Source of the DNA: Nitrosopumilus sp.
Lineage (GTDB): Archaea > Thermoproteota > Nitrososphaeria > Nitrososphaerales > Nitrosopumilaceae
Length of the DNA stretch: 64,000 bases
Assembly (NCBI GenBank): GCA_965203315.1
Contig: OZ241857.1
Location: forward strand, 1,504,001 to 1,568,000
Direction of reading: 5' to 3'
The notes below the pieces were generated by a model. It was not told the DNA's origin and made no database searches. It saw only the letters and a list, made by a program, of their open reading frames with translations. Numbering within the stretch: the first letter of the stretch is position 1; the number at the start of each line of letters is the position of its first letter. A program made the translations under genes and the position numbers. This document shows positions 33,041 to 42,689 of the stretch, piece after piece.

Positions 33041-33606
33041 TTGCTCTATTCCAAAGATCAATAGATATATTTCTTGAGATAAAATATAGTCGATTAGGTA
33101 TCTGCCGCTCTTAGATAACTCTTGAACCACACACAAATTCAATGCTTGAAATCCATCAAAAATGGCTAAATGCATTAGAAATTGATTAAAGATCCATAGA
33201 TTTATCAAAATATTTTGATTTTGTATCTGTTCTTACTGTACTATTAATCAGCAAGTTTAGGTAGAGAATGACACATCTCTTATCCAAATATCGCGACACG
33301 TCCACTTGTAACGTTCATGCAAATTAATTTAAGTACTCGATGGTCTCGGTTTTGATAGAATTTTTCGATCATCTAATTGAAATTATCTATCACAACTTCT
33401 TGTATTCACAAGGATACATTGTTCTTGTATGGATATGACATCATATAGTCCGTATCTGATACCTAGTTATCAGATCAATCTGATCGCTGTCTCGCGTACG
33501 TCTTATGATGTATCTCTTACAGTATCCATACTAAACATACTTACAATACTTATTATGATACTTATGAAATCGGTTATATACTATATCTGAAAGAGTCTTT
33601 GTAGTA

Positions 33607-35271
33607 ATGGCGTTAATCCAGATATCGAATCAGACGATCAAGAATCTAGGTAAGAAGAGTACGATACGATTTACACAGAGTATATGCCCAGATTGTAATA
33701 TGATACTTGATGCAGAGGTATTTGAGCGTGATGGTCAAGTATTCATGTCAAAGGTATGTCCTACACACGGTGAGTGTGAAGAGTTGTACTTTGGCTCATA
33801 TGATATGTACAAAAAGTTTAGCACATACTGGATGGATGGCAAAGGTGCCCATGCACCAAATGTGATGATCGACAAGTGCTCTTGTCCAAATAACTGTGGT
33901 CTCTGTTCAAACCACTTATCTCATAGTGGACTGGCAAACATGATTGTAACAAATCGATGTGATCTAACCTGTTGGTACTGCTTCTTTTATGTCAAAAAGG
34001 GTCTAGAGGGTGCATACATGTATGAACCAGATCACACACAGATACGTGCCATGATGAAGACTCTGCGTGCAGAGCGACCAATACCTGGCAACTCGATGCA
34101 GATAACTGGCGGTGAGCCGATGTTGCGTGAGGATATTGCTGATGTTATTAAGATAATGAAGGAAGAAGGAGTCGATCACATTCAGATGAATACCAACGGC
34201 ATTCGACATGCAATGGATCCAGAAGCTGCTCGTGAGGTACGACTGGCTGGATGTAACAACCTGTATCTATCGTTTGATGGTGTTACGCCACGAACAAATC
34301 CAAAGAATCACTGGGAGATTCCATATGCTCTAGATAGCTGTCGCAAGACTGGCACAACAGTGGTGTTTGTTCCAACTGTAATCAAATCTATAAACGATCA
34401 TGAACTAGGTGGAATTATACGATATGCGCAAAAGAACATGGATGTTGTTCATGCAGTAAACTTTCAACCTGTATCATTAACAGGAAGAATGGGTAAGACA
34501 GAACGTGAAAAGTATCGCATTACCATACCCGATTGTATACAACGAATTGAAGAACAGACAAATGGTGAAGTAACTGTAGATGATTGGTTCCCTGTTCCTA
34601 GCTGTATGCCATTGACAAACGTAATCGAGGCATTCTCGAGTAAACCAAAATACGAGTTGTCTATACACTTTGCCTGCGGTGCTGGTACCTATATCTTTGA
34701 AGATGAAGAGACCAAAAAGTTTGTACCACTAACCAAGTTTTGTGATATACAAGGAATGTTAGAGTTGTTTGAGGACAAAGCAGAAGAGATACGCTCTGGC
34801 AAAAACAAGTACTTTACAATGTTAGAAGTTGTACGAAAATTGAAGGGATTCGTGGATAGTAAAAAGCAGCCAGCTGGTCTCGATCTGGCCAAGATGTTTG
34901 GAAATATCTTGATGAAGCGATCGTTTGACTCTGTTGGTTCTTGGCATGTAAAGGGACTATTCTTAGGCATGATGCACTTTCAAGACAAGTATAACGAAGA
35001 CCTTGAGAGACTACAGCGTTGCGATATACATTATCTGACACCAGATCTGAGAATCGTTCCGTTCTGTGCATTTAATGTGATACCTGAATGGTACCGCGAT
35101 CGAATTCAAAAGAAATACTCCATTACAGTAGAAGAGTGGGAAGAACGTGAAGGTGTAAAATTGGAAGATGGTCTGTATAGAGGTCTGATGAGGCGTGGTG
35201 CAGGTGACGAACTCGCAGCCGGATGTGCCAAGAGTCAAATGTTCCATGAAGCCAGTCAGAGTCTAATGTGA
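33607..35271 (+). CDS. tes: Tetraether lipid synthase (GDGT-MAS), radical SAM enzyme
   Basis: N-terminal CPDC...CPTHG, CPNNCGLC, CDLTCWYC SAM motif, GVNFQP-like AVNFQPV, RLQRCDIHY...VPFCAFN: architecture of the MJ0619/Tes family. Confidence 0.9.
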   Translation: MALIQISNQTIKNLGKKSTIRFTQSICPDCNMILDAEVFERDGQVFMSKVCPTHGECEELYFGSYDMYKKFSTYWMDGKGAHAPNVMIDKCSCPNNCGLCSNHLSHSGLANMIVTNRCDLTCWYCFFYVKKGLEGAYMYEPDHTQIRAMMKTLRAERPIPGNSMQITGGEPMLREDIADVIKIMKEEGVDHIQMNTNGIRHAMDPEAAREVRLAGCNNLYLSFDGVTPRTNPKNHWEIPYALDSCRKTGTTVVFVPTVIKSINDHELGGIIRYAQKNMDVVHAVNFQPVSLTGRMGKTEREKYRITIPDCIQRIEEQTNGEVTVDDWFPVPSCMPLTNVIEAFSSKPKYELSIHFACGAGTYIFEDEETKKFVPLTKFCDIQGMLELFEDKAEEIRSGKNKYFTMLEVVRKLKGFVDSKKQPAGLDLAKMFGNILMKRSFDSVGSWHVKGLFLGMMHFQDKYNEDLERLQRCDIHYLTPDLRIVPFCAFNVIPEWYRDRIQKKYSITVEEWEEREGVKLEDGLYRGLMRRGAGDELAAGCAKSQMFHEASQSLM

Positions 35272-35353
35272 TAATCCTGATCATATGAACATGTTCAACA
35301 GGAACATACTGTATGCCTCAAAAATTCTTATAGATGTCTAACTATGATTACAT

Positions 35354-35842
35354 ATGGTTACAAATTCTATTTCGCCTACAGCTAAAATTGGCAAAAATGT
35401 CAAAATCTGGAATTTTGTATACATTGGCAAAGATTCTATAATAGGCGACAACGTAAGAATTGCTTCATTTGCACATATTGATTACAATGCACAAATAGGC
35501 GACAATACAAAGATTGAGGCGTACGCCATAGTGGCTAATGGCTGTACGATTGGGAAAAACGTATTCATTGGACCAAACGTTGTCATGGCTAACGATCCAT
35601 TTCCTGTTGGTAATGACACGACATGGAAACGTGGCAATATTACAATACATGATCATGCAGTGATAAGCTCAGGTGTGATTATAGGTGCTGGGGTAACTGT
35701 TGGCGAGAACAGTGTAGTGGGCATGGGATCACTTGTAACAAAAGATATTCCTCCTAATGTTGTAGCATATGGAACACCTGCAAAAATACGATACACTCGT
35801 GCTGAGTATGATAAGAAACGACAAGATTGGATAAACAACTAA
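35354..35842 (+). CDS. Hexapeptide-repeat sugar N-acyltransferase
   Basis: IGxNVxI repeats, FIGPNVVMAND, VTKDIPPNVVAYGTPA. Confidence 0.88.
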   Translation: MVTNSISPTAKIGKNVKIWNFVYIGKDSIIGDNVRIASFAHIDYNAQIGDNTKIEAYAIVANGCTIGKNVFIGPNVVMANDPFPVGNDTTWKRGNITIHDHAVISSGVIIGAGVTVGENSVVGMGSLVTKDIPPNVVAYGTPAKIRYTRAEYDKKRQDWINN

Positions 35843-35845
35843 TAC

Positions 35846-36021
35846 GGTTCTGTTCAATTGACGGGGATTGAGATCATTATGACGTTATCTCAAAGAACGT
35901 CACTATCTGACTCAAAACAGTAGCAATTTACGATAGCCGATGTGAGACCGTTTCCGTATTTTGTAAAATTTTTCGAGAATTTTGTGCAGAAAACGCCAAC
36001 CCCAGTCAATTGAACAGAACC
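35846..36021. mobile_element. MITE, second IS6-type family (GGTTCTG ends)
   Basis: 17-bp perfect TIR GGTTCTGTTCAATTGAC; right half repeated at 44823-44915. Confidence 0.88.
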
Positions 36022-36170
36022 CAGATATGAGATGAGAGATGATGTCAATCCATATAACTTTGTAAATACTAACTAGTATACAAGACAGATGACACTATTT
36101 GAAGAATGGTCATCTTTTGAATTGGTGTAGTGTATGATCACTATAAATTATTAGAGATTTATCTACAACC

Positions 36171-36863
36171 ATGCGTAAACTGGAACGCGTATTTGGTAAG
36201 CATGGGAGAACAATGATAAGACTAACAGATAAAATCGTGGGTAAATCCCCACCCCACACATCAGACAGAGTTATAGAATATTGGAGTGATGTAGCCAACA
36301 ATAACGATATTGAAAAAATTATGCGAGGCATCTGTGACGAGTTGGATAAGAATGCTTTTGAAGGGAAGCCAATGGGTTTAGTTGAAATTTTGAATGATTA
36401 TGATTTGAGATCAAAGAAAGTTATGGATCTAGCATGTGGATTGGGTCGAACATGTAAATTTGTTGCGCCTAAGGTGAGAGAATATGTGGGTGTCGATTTT
36501 GTATCCGAGATGATCGAAAAGGCAAAGAACTACAATGCATTATTTAAAAATGCCAAATTTTATGTAAATGATGGTAAAACACTAGTCAACTTTCAAGATG
36601 ACTCTTTTGATCTGGTGTATTGTGAGTTAGCAATACAACACATGGATAAACCAGTTCAAGAATCATATGTAAATGAAGTATTTCGCATATTGAAACCAGA
36701 TGGTATATTTCTTGTACAAATTCCTAAAATGGAATTCTACAACGATGAGAATTATGCTAGAACAGAACAAGAGACTAGAAAACTTTTGTCCCAGTACACA
36801 ATAGAGCTGGAAAACGGAGACGCATATTATATTGTAAATGCTAGAAAACACAATGTACAATAG
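36171..36863 (+). CDS. Class I SAM-dependent methyltransferase
   Basis: VMDLACGLGR, GVDFVSEMI, FQDDSFDLV, FRILKPDG. Confidence 0.9.
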   Translation: MRKLERVFGKHGRTMIRLTDKIVGKSPPHTSDRVIEYWSDVANNNDIEKIMRGICDELDKNAFEGKPMGLVEILNDYDLRSKKVMDLACGLGRTCKFVAPKVREYVGVDFVSEMIEKAKNYNALFKNAKFYVNDGKTLVNFQDDSFDLVYCELAIQHMDKPVQESYVNEVFRILKPDGIFLVQIPKMEFYNDENYARTEQETRKLLSQYTIELENGDAYYIVNARKHNVQ

Positions 36864-36986
36864 AAACTAATTTAATCTTAAATCCTAGATCATAGTCAGT
36901 TTACCCAATTGACTATTCAACACGCCACCGCAGGTTTTGGCGGCGGCTCTGGTTCGATCTTTGGGTCGATAAACGATTTTGATGAT

Positions 36987-37890
36987 GGTGATTAGCCGCG
37001 TACAGCCCCTAACATCAATTTCACCAAAAAGTTGAACAAGTCACACACTCTAAAATTATATCTCCATTCCATCTCTTTTATGTATAGTAGAAATTTGTCT
37101 TGGCTTACACCATGATGTTTAGACAATTTTTGTTTTGCAAAACTCCAGAATCCTTCAATTCCGTTGGTATGCACTTCATCTTGCCCAAACGTCTTGCTAT
37201 GATCAACTGACTGGTGTTTGTAACCATGCGTGGTCAGTGGGTTGTATCCAGCCCACTTGTCTGTGTATATGGTGCTACCTTTCTATACTACCGCAGTTAT
37301 GCTGGCAAGTAAAGTGTCTGCACTAGCATCAGGTATGATCTCAACATGTACGTTTCCACCTCTCTTCAACATATCCAAAACGATGATCTTGTTTTCTGCA
37401 CCACGACCACGATTTCCTTTCCTTTTACCCCCAAAATACGCCTCATCTACCTCAATTTCGCCACGAAACATACGAAATTCGTTGTTTGAGTGTTCCAGTA
37501 TGAGGCGTCTAAATATGTCAAACGCTTGTAGCACTGTCTTGTAATTTAGCTGTGTCTGTTCTGCCGCAACCTTTGGAGAAGCGGATATCTCAAATAACTT
37601 GATTAGAATAAGCCACTTTGAATACGGTATGCAAAGTAGTGCAAAATGAGAATCTCTAAACGGCCTAAAATCCCTCTTACACGATTTGCAGCGTAACCTA
37701 CTTTTATTCTTCATTGGATAGAATTGGTTGCTTGTACAAAATTTGCATCTGATTTCTTTAGCCGATACTGATTCCAGATATCGTATTGTGGATATCTCAT
37801 CACATGTTATCTTGGATAATGACCACAGATCCATCAACTATGTGGTAAAAACACCCCCTATTATTTAGGGGCTGTACGCGGCTAATCACC
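36987..37890 (-). mobile_element. IS1595-family insertion sequence, 904 bp
   Basis: Perfect 26-bp TIR GGTGATTAGCCGCGTACAGCCCCTAA. Confidence 0.92.
36992..37837 (-). pseudogene. IS1595 transposase with one in-frame TAG (37283-37285)
   Basis: Zn ribbon, EVDEAYFGG, then V*KGSTIYTDKWAGY...HTNGIEGFWS...EMEWRYN in the same frame. Confidence 0.88.
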
Positions 37891-37948
37891 TGCAATAATC
37901 AAAGAGATCGTCTTCGCATTGTATGTTTCGTGCTAGAATCCATGCGTT

Positions 37949-38089
37949 AGACCGTATGCGTATTTCATACACCATACGCACATTTTAAGGTACAACAAAA
38001 CACAAGTGTGATTTCTAGAGGCAAATTGATTCATTGTTATCATGTTTGACGATTGGGCGTGGGCACTCTTAATAATACGCATACAGTCT
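37949..38089. mobile_element. MITE with AGAC ends (related to the IS5/ISL2 element)
   Basis: AGACCGTATGCGTATT...AATACGCATACAGTCT; a lone end also at 55160-55175. Confidence 0.75.
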
Positions 38090-38143
38090 GTGGAACAAAT
38101 GTAAAACAAATATGAATTTATATCTCTTTGATTTAAATTTTGT

Positions 38144-39270
38144 ATGAAGACTTTGATCGTTCACGACTTTGCAACTGTGGGCGCTACAATGTCTAAGATA
38201 TTACCTGATACGGACATTATGTATCTCGTACCGCCTGATAATGAAATGTTTATGTTTGTTACGGCGCCCCCCCCCCAAATAAAGTACATTATTTACATTC
38301 TACAAGACTGACTGTTCAATTAGAAGAATTTACAAACATTGCACGAGAATATGATATTGTTATATGTTTTGGATGGAATGCTGGAATGTTGTCGTATTTA
38401 TCAGGAATTGATTATATTTTGTATATCAATGATATTTTTATAGATAAATATCATAGGGATTTATTTTTACCAAAATCAAAATATAAACAGTTCTTTGTAC
38501 ATAAACTGTTTGATGATATCTTGAAAAGTGCTAATATGGTTGTTTCAAACCATAAAGATTATTTGAAACAGATTCAAAAATATCGTAAAGATGAAATACC
38601 AATAATCATAAACCCGTTAGACTATGAAATATTTAACGCGGAAATACCATCTAATCGAATGGACAAATTTACATTCTTGTTGCCCACCAGAATCGAGCCA
38701 ATCAAGGGAATCAAACTATTATGTGAATCTATAAAATTAACAAAGTCAGATTTTATTGTTCATATGGTTGATTGGAAGAGTGACGCACACAAATCATATT
38801 ATCAAGATATAATAAACAATCTATCTAATAAAATAACCTTAATACCAAAGATACCTCATAAAGAGATTGCGTCACGGTTCCGTCAATATCATGCAGTGAT
38901 GGGATCTATTGTTCGAGAGTACGCTCCCATGATTGAAAAGGAGGCGATTGCATGCAGTGTTCCTGTGTTCCATTCCGCTGAAATTGGATATGATGGTGAT
39001 TATCCGTTTTACAAGGGGTCTCGGGATCCTGCAAAGATTGCGAAATACATTGATCGGATGGTCCAAGATGATCAGTTCTTAGATCAATTACAACGTGAAC
39101 AGTACAAATGGTTAAAGAATACAATAAACAATGAAACGATCGTAAACGAGTGGTCCCAGACACTTTGCAAAGCAAACTCAAATCGGAGAGGGAACACACA
39201 GGGCAAATATCTATTCATGTTTAGATTATGGTCTATTTTTAAGAGATTGAAAAAACAGAAATCATTATAA
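38144..39270 (+). CDS. GT4-like glycosyltransferase, frameshifted at a C10 tract (currently OFF)
   Basis: ATG 38144 MKTLIVHDFATVG reads into the C tract; the downstream frame (NKVHYLH...PTRIEPIKG...EKEAIACSVPV) joins if the tract is C8 or C11. Confidence 0.8.
38267..38276 (+). repeat. C10 homopolymer causing the frameshift
   Basis: Direct count. Confidence 0.9.
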
Positions 39271-39275
39271 TGTTT

Positions 39276-39365
39276 GGCGATTAGCTGCCTGGGCCCTAAC
39301 AGATACTAGGTCATCGAATCAAAGAGCACAATCTCGGTTATTGTATTTTCATTCCATCTCTTAGA
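39276..39365 (-). mobile_element. Truncated end of a non-autonomous IS1595 derivative
   Basis: Reverse complement of about 54488-54577. Confidence 0.8.
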
Positions 39366-40188
39366 TATAATAGACATTATGCGTTAGTCGTTTTGACCGA
39401 AACACTTAGATCGTAGGTCTAAAAATAGCAATCATTGAGTCAAAAAACTAGTACGTCAGACGGACAAATACTGTGTCTCCAGCAAAGAGTAAAAGAGTTA
39501 GAGCAGACTGTTAGTGAACTAGAGCAACAACGAGATACTGTTGCAGAACAACTCGACCAAGAGGCGAACAATAAACCTAATTTTTACAGACAGAAAACAG
39601 AAAAGGTTGATGATTTTTGTAAGAGGATCCTCTCCAAACCAACTACTTTGTATAAATTCACAAAAATGACGCCCAATCTATTCGCGCTGTATGAAAAAGA
39701 ATACAAACAATACATCAAAGATGAATCAATTAGAGAGAGACGCAATGATCAACTCAACAAGAGACGTAAAGAGAAACTAGATGGTGAACCAAAGATACCA
39801 CAATACTCTGGCGTTAATGTTGGACGAGGAAAGGTGTCAGTATTAAGCACAACAGCTGTCATGTTGATGGAGTTTATGTCTACTCGAGCTGGAATGACTC
39901 AAGATGTGATTGGGTCCATATTTGATATGAGTCAAAGCAATGTCTCTAGACATACTAGACATGTACGTAGATTCCTGAATCAATCTTGGACAAGACCAAT
40001 AGATATAGCAGACCAGATCTCTAAATGTAAAACATTACAAGATCTACGAGAATGGATTCCTCGCTTAAAGACTGCAATTGATGGGACTCATTTCATAATC
40101 GATATACCATCAGATTCTCAGTTAGAAACGTGGTCAAGGTCTGGCAAACTAAAGAAACACACTTGTGTAATTCTATCCATGTGAACTG

Positions 40189-40196
40189 TTTATAAA
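40189..40196 (-). promoter_or_regulatory. TATA box in the IS1111 right end (outward/circle-junction promoter)
   Basis: TTTATAAA 13 bp from the element end, preceded by purine-rich AAAAG. Confidence 0.5.
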
Positions 40197-40199
40197 GCT

Positions 40200-40388
40200 T
40201 TTAGAGATTTTTCGATTTTGGTGCATAGTTTACACTAGGGTGGTATTCCTCACAATCACAGGATTTCGGACATATATCCATTCGAGCTCGAAGCTCAGTA
40301 TCATCTTCATCCTTTTATCAAAATCAGTCCACTTAGTGAGCCGAGGTTCTCCCTCATTGAATTACCGGACTTTAGATTTTGACTATAA
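40200..40388 (-). ncRNA. Predicted bridge/seek RNA
   Basis: Two stem/internal-loop/hairpin domains (40317-40383 and 40268-40312); loop segments match the target (GTAATTC, TCACTA) and donor (ATGGATA); RNA ends are uncertain. Confidence 0.72.
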
Positions 40389-41420
40389 TTACACAACAAA
40401 CTTTTTCTCCTCTCTGAGCATGCAATGTATCACTCGAAGTAACTTGGCAGCTGTAGCAACAGTAGCTTTGCTCTTTCCACGCTTTTCTGCGAGTTTAAAA
40501 TAAAATTTTGATACGTTTGTGTTTGGATAATATCGCACATGCGTGTGTACTGCTTCAGCTAGAATCCATCTCATTATACGACTGCCCTGTTTTGTTATCT
40601 TGCCATGTACTACTTTGTCTGCGGAATTACGTACCGATGGAACTAGTCCTGCATATGCACATAGTTTATGTGAATCATTAAATCTTGAAATCTCTCCAAT
40701 CTCTGCGGTAATTACCAGTGCGCTGTAATCACCTATGCCAGGAATTGACTTTAAGAGCTGTGCATCTTTTGATCTCTTTACCTTGTCTGCTATTCTAACA
40801 TCGCATTCATTGATCTCTATATTCAATGACTCTATCATTCTCAAATACGAGTTTATACGATAGTCATCAAGTTTACGTAATTCTGCGTTGTATCTCTTAC
40901 TAAACGTGGTACCTTGTATCTGTATTCCACTCTGCAACAATATGCCGTGTATTAGATTCTTGTATCTTGTTCTGTTTTTTATGTGTCCTTGTCTATGTCG
41001 CACTAGTCTCTTTGAATCAATAGTATCATGATCCGGTACATAACATTCTGCAATGTATCCTCCTCGTAGCAGTTCTGCTAGTATCTTTGAGTCTACCTTG
41101 TCTGTCTTTTTCTTTGATGCTGCTATCGCTTTTGTTTGGTACGGATTCGATAGTACTACATCAAATCCCAACTCGTCTGTCATATATCGATACAATCCAT
41201 ACCAGACTGAAGATGACTCCATTACATAACGGGTCTTGTCTGCAGGGAATTGCTTGAATGTCTCTGCAACACTATAGTGATTTGTCATTATGCGTTTGTC
41301 TAGTAAGATGTTGTCATCTTCATCGATTGCTGTCACATACAGAGAGTTCTTGTGAACATCTATTCCAACATAGATCGTTCTTGTTTTTACTTTTTTGGTG
41401 GGTAATGTGTTTGTTTGCAT
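40389..41420 (-). CDS. IS110-family DEDD recombinase/transposase
   Basis: VGIDVHK, VMESS, KTDKVDS, SIPGIG, YAGLVPSVRNSA (Ser), GKITKQG. Confidence 0.95.
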   Translation of the reverse strand: MQTNTLPTKKVKTRTIYVGIDVHKNSLYVTAIDEDDNILLDKRIMTNHYSVAETFKQFPADKTRYVMESSSVWYGLYRYMTDELGFDVVLSNPYQTKAIAASKKKTDKVDSKILAELLRGGYIAECYVPDHDTIDSKRLVRHRQGHIKNRTRYKNLIHGILLQSGIQIQGTTFSKRYNAELRKLDDYRINSYLRMIESLNIEINECDVRIADKVKRSKDAQLLKSIPGIGDYSALVITAEIGEISRFNDSHKLCAYAGLVPSVRNSADKVVHGKITKQGSRIMRWILAEAVHTHVRYYPNTNVSKFYFKLAEKRGKSKATVATAAKLLRVIHCMLREEKKFVV

Positions 41421-42541
41421 TTTTTGCCATCTTGGCTAGTTTTGCAGATGATCGCTTGGATCTAACATGCTTGGTATCATCTGATCGATTTCTTTTCGGC
41501 TTCACATATGGTTAGTGATGGTGAACAAAGAAAAACTGATCCTAACTATGAGCCCATTATACTATGGCAGTACGCACGAGATAACCATACTCAAAGAGTG
41601 GAAATTGGGATTTGGTAAATGGGAAGACAAGATGAGAGATCCATCAACTCCACGTAAAGAGAGAATAAAGATGCGTCAGGATTCTGCATACCAAGGTGGC
41701 GAGAGTGTATTTCCAGGAACAAACTTTATCGTACCATTCAAAAAACCTCGTGGCGGCGAGCTCACCAAAGAGCAGAAAGAGTTTAACCGAGATCACAGCT
41801 CAGAACGCGTGGTGGTTGAAAATTCCATAGGAATGATCAAGCAGTATCGTCACATGCAACAACAAATTGAATGTGTTGAACCTGATTTAGAAAAAAGAAT
41901 CGAAGAGGTAGCAGCACTTGTAAATGCAGGCATATTATGGGACAAAAGACGCGATCGACCGACCAAGAGATTTGACAAGCTATTGCGTGCATATCATCGG
42001 CGTGCCAACAAATTGAGAAAGAGATACGGCTAAAACATCATAAATGCAATACCGGATACCATTATCTGTTTATGATTTACTGTATTCCTGTACATTCGTG
42101 TACAATAACGCAACATTTTGACTGTATTTGCAAAGTTGAATGAGATATTCTAATTTTAGACACTTGTGTAATGACGTTGACGCAATAACTTACGAATTTC
42201 AACCAGCTTTGGTATCGTTGAAAACGACTAACGCATAATGTCTAGAATAGTTAGGCAACATCTCAATGCGTTAAGACGAGCTGGTAAATTACCAAAAGTA
42301 GTAGACATTGCAATAGACATGCACTGCTATCAGAGATACGACAAAGAACAAACCAAATACACTGTAAAGACCATGTTCAAGAAGAGTGTAAAACTATGCG
42401 AAGAGTACATGACTGCACAGATTGTAAACGTTGGAGCAACGTTAACCGTAGCTAAATTACAAGTGAAAAAAGGTGCTGGAAACCCAGATCTTATACGTAA
42501 AATCATCAAAACCTGCCACCAGCAGAGACTAATCCTAGGCG

Positions 42542-42689
42542 CAGTACTTCCAAATGTCTCTTTAAATAACGAAAATTATATAGAAATAGAAAGATCTATA
42601 AAGGGTTTCTAAAAATAACTTTTGTTGAAAAACAAAAATGAATTAAATGGACAGCGATTTAGAAGACATTTAGAATATTCTCGATATAC
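42542..42689 (+). repeat. 148-bp duplicate of the left end of element B
   Basis: Matches 42690-42837. Confidence 0.92.

Larger units (their letters stand above)
36897..37948 (-). mobile_element. 3'-end remnant of ISH3-like element C, split by IS1595
   Basis: 36897-36980 and 37891-37948 are reverse complements of about 44750-44822 and 44635-44692, including the TIR CAGTTTACCCAATTG. Confidence 0.8.
40176..41514 (-). mobile_element. IS110-family element with IS1111-type organisation, 1339 bp
   Basis: Precise removal restores the host frame with a TA core; sub-terminal IR ATGTGAA 7 nt from the left end and 3 nt from the right end; long 3' non-coding end. Confidence 0.88.
39435..42033 (+). pseudogene. 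ISL2-like transposase, split
   Basis: HTH (MSQSNVSR), AIDGT, SGKLKKHT | QDSAYQG, KKPRGGELT, ERVVVENSIG; rejoins as KKHTCVILVMVNKE. Confidence 0.88.
39372..42243 (+). mobile_element. IS5-family (ISL2-like, DDE_Tnp_4) element interrupted by IS110/IS1111
   Basis: 23-bp TIR AGACATTATGCGTTAGTCGTTTT; no TSD, and both flanks are truncated elements. Confidence 0.88.

Noticed and set aside
37283-37285. In-frame TAG in the IS1595 transposase as pyrrolysine or readthrough
   Set aside because: No pyl genes are seen and no other gene here has an in-frame amber; a nonsense mutation is simpler.
40179-41520. Alternative IS110 boundaries with an ATG core
   Set aside because: This also restores the host frame, but the TA-core boundaries fit the 7/3-nt sub-terminal IR spacing and the guide matches better.
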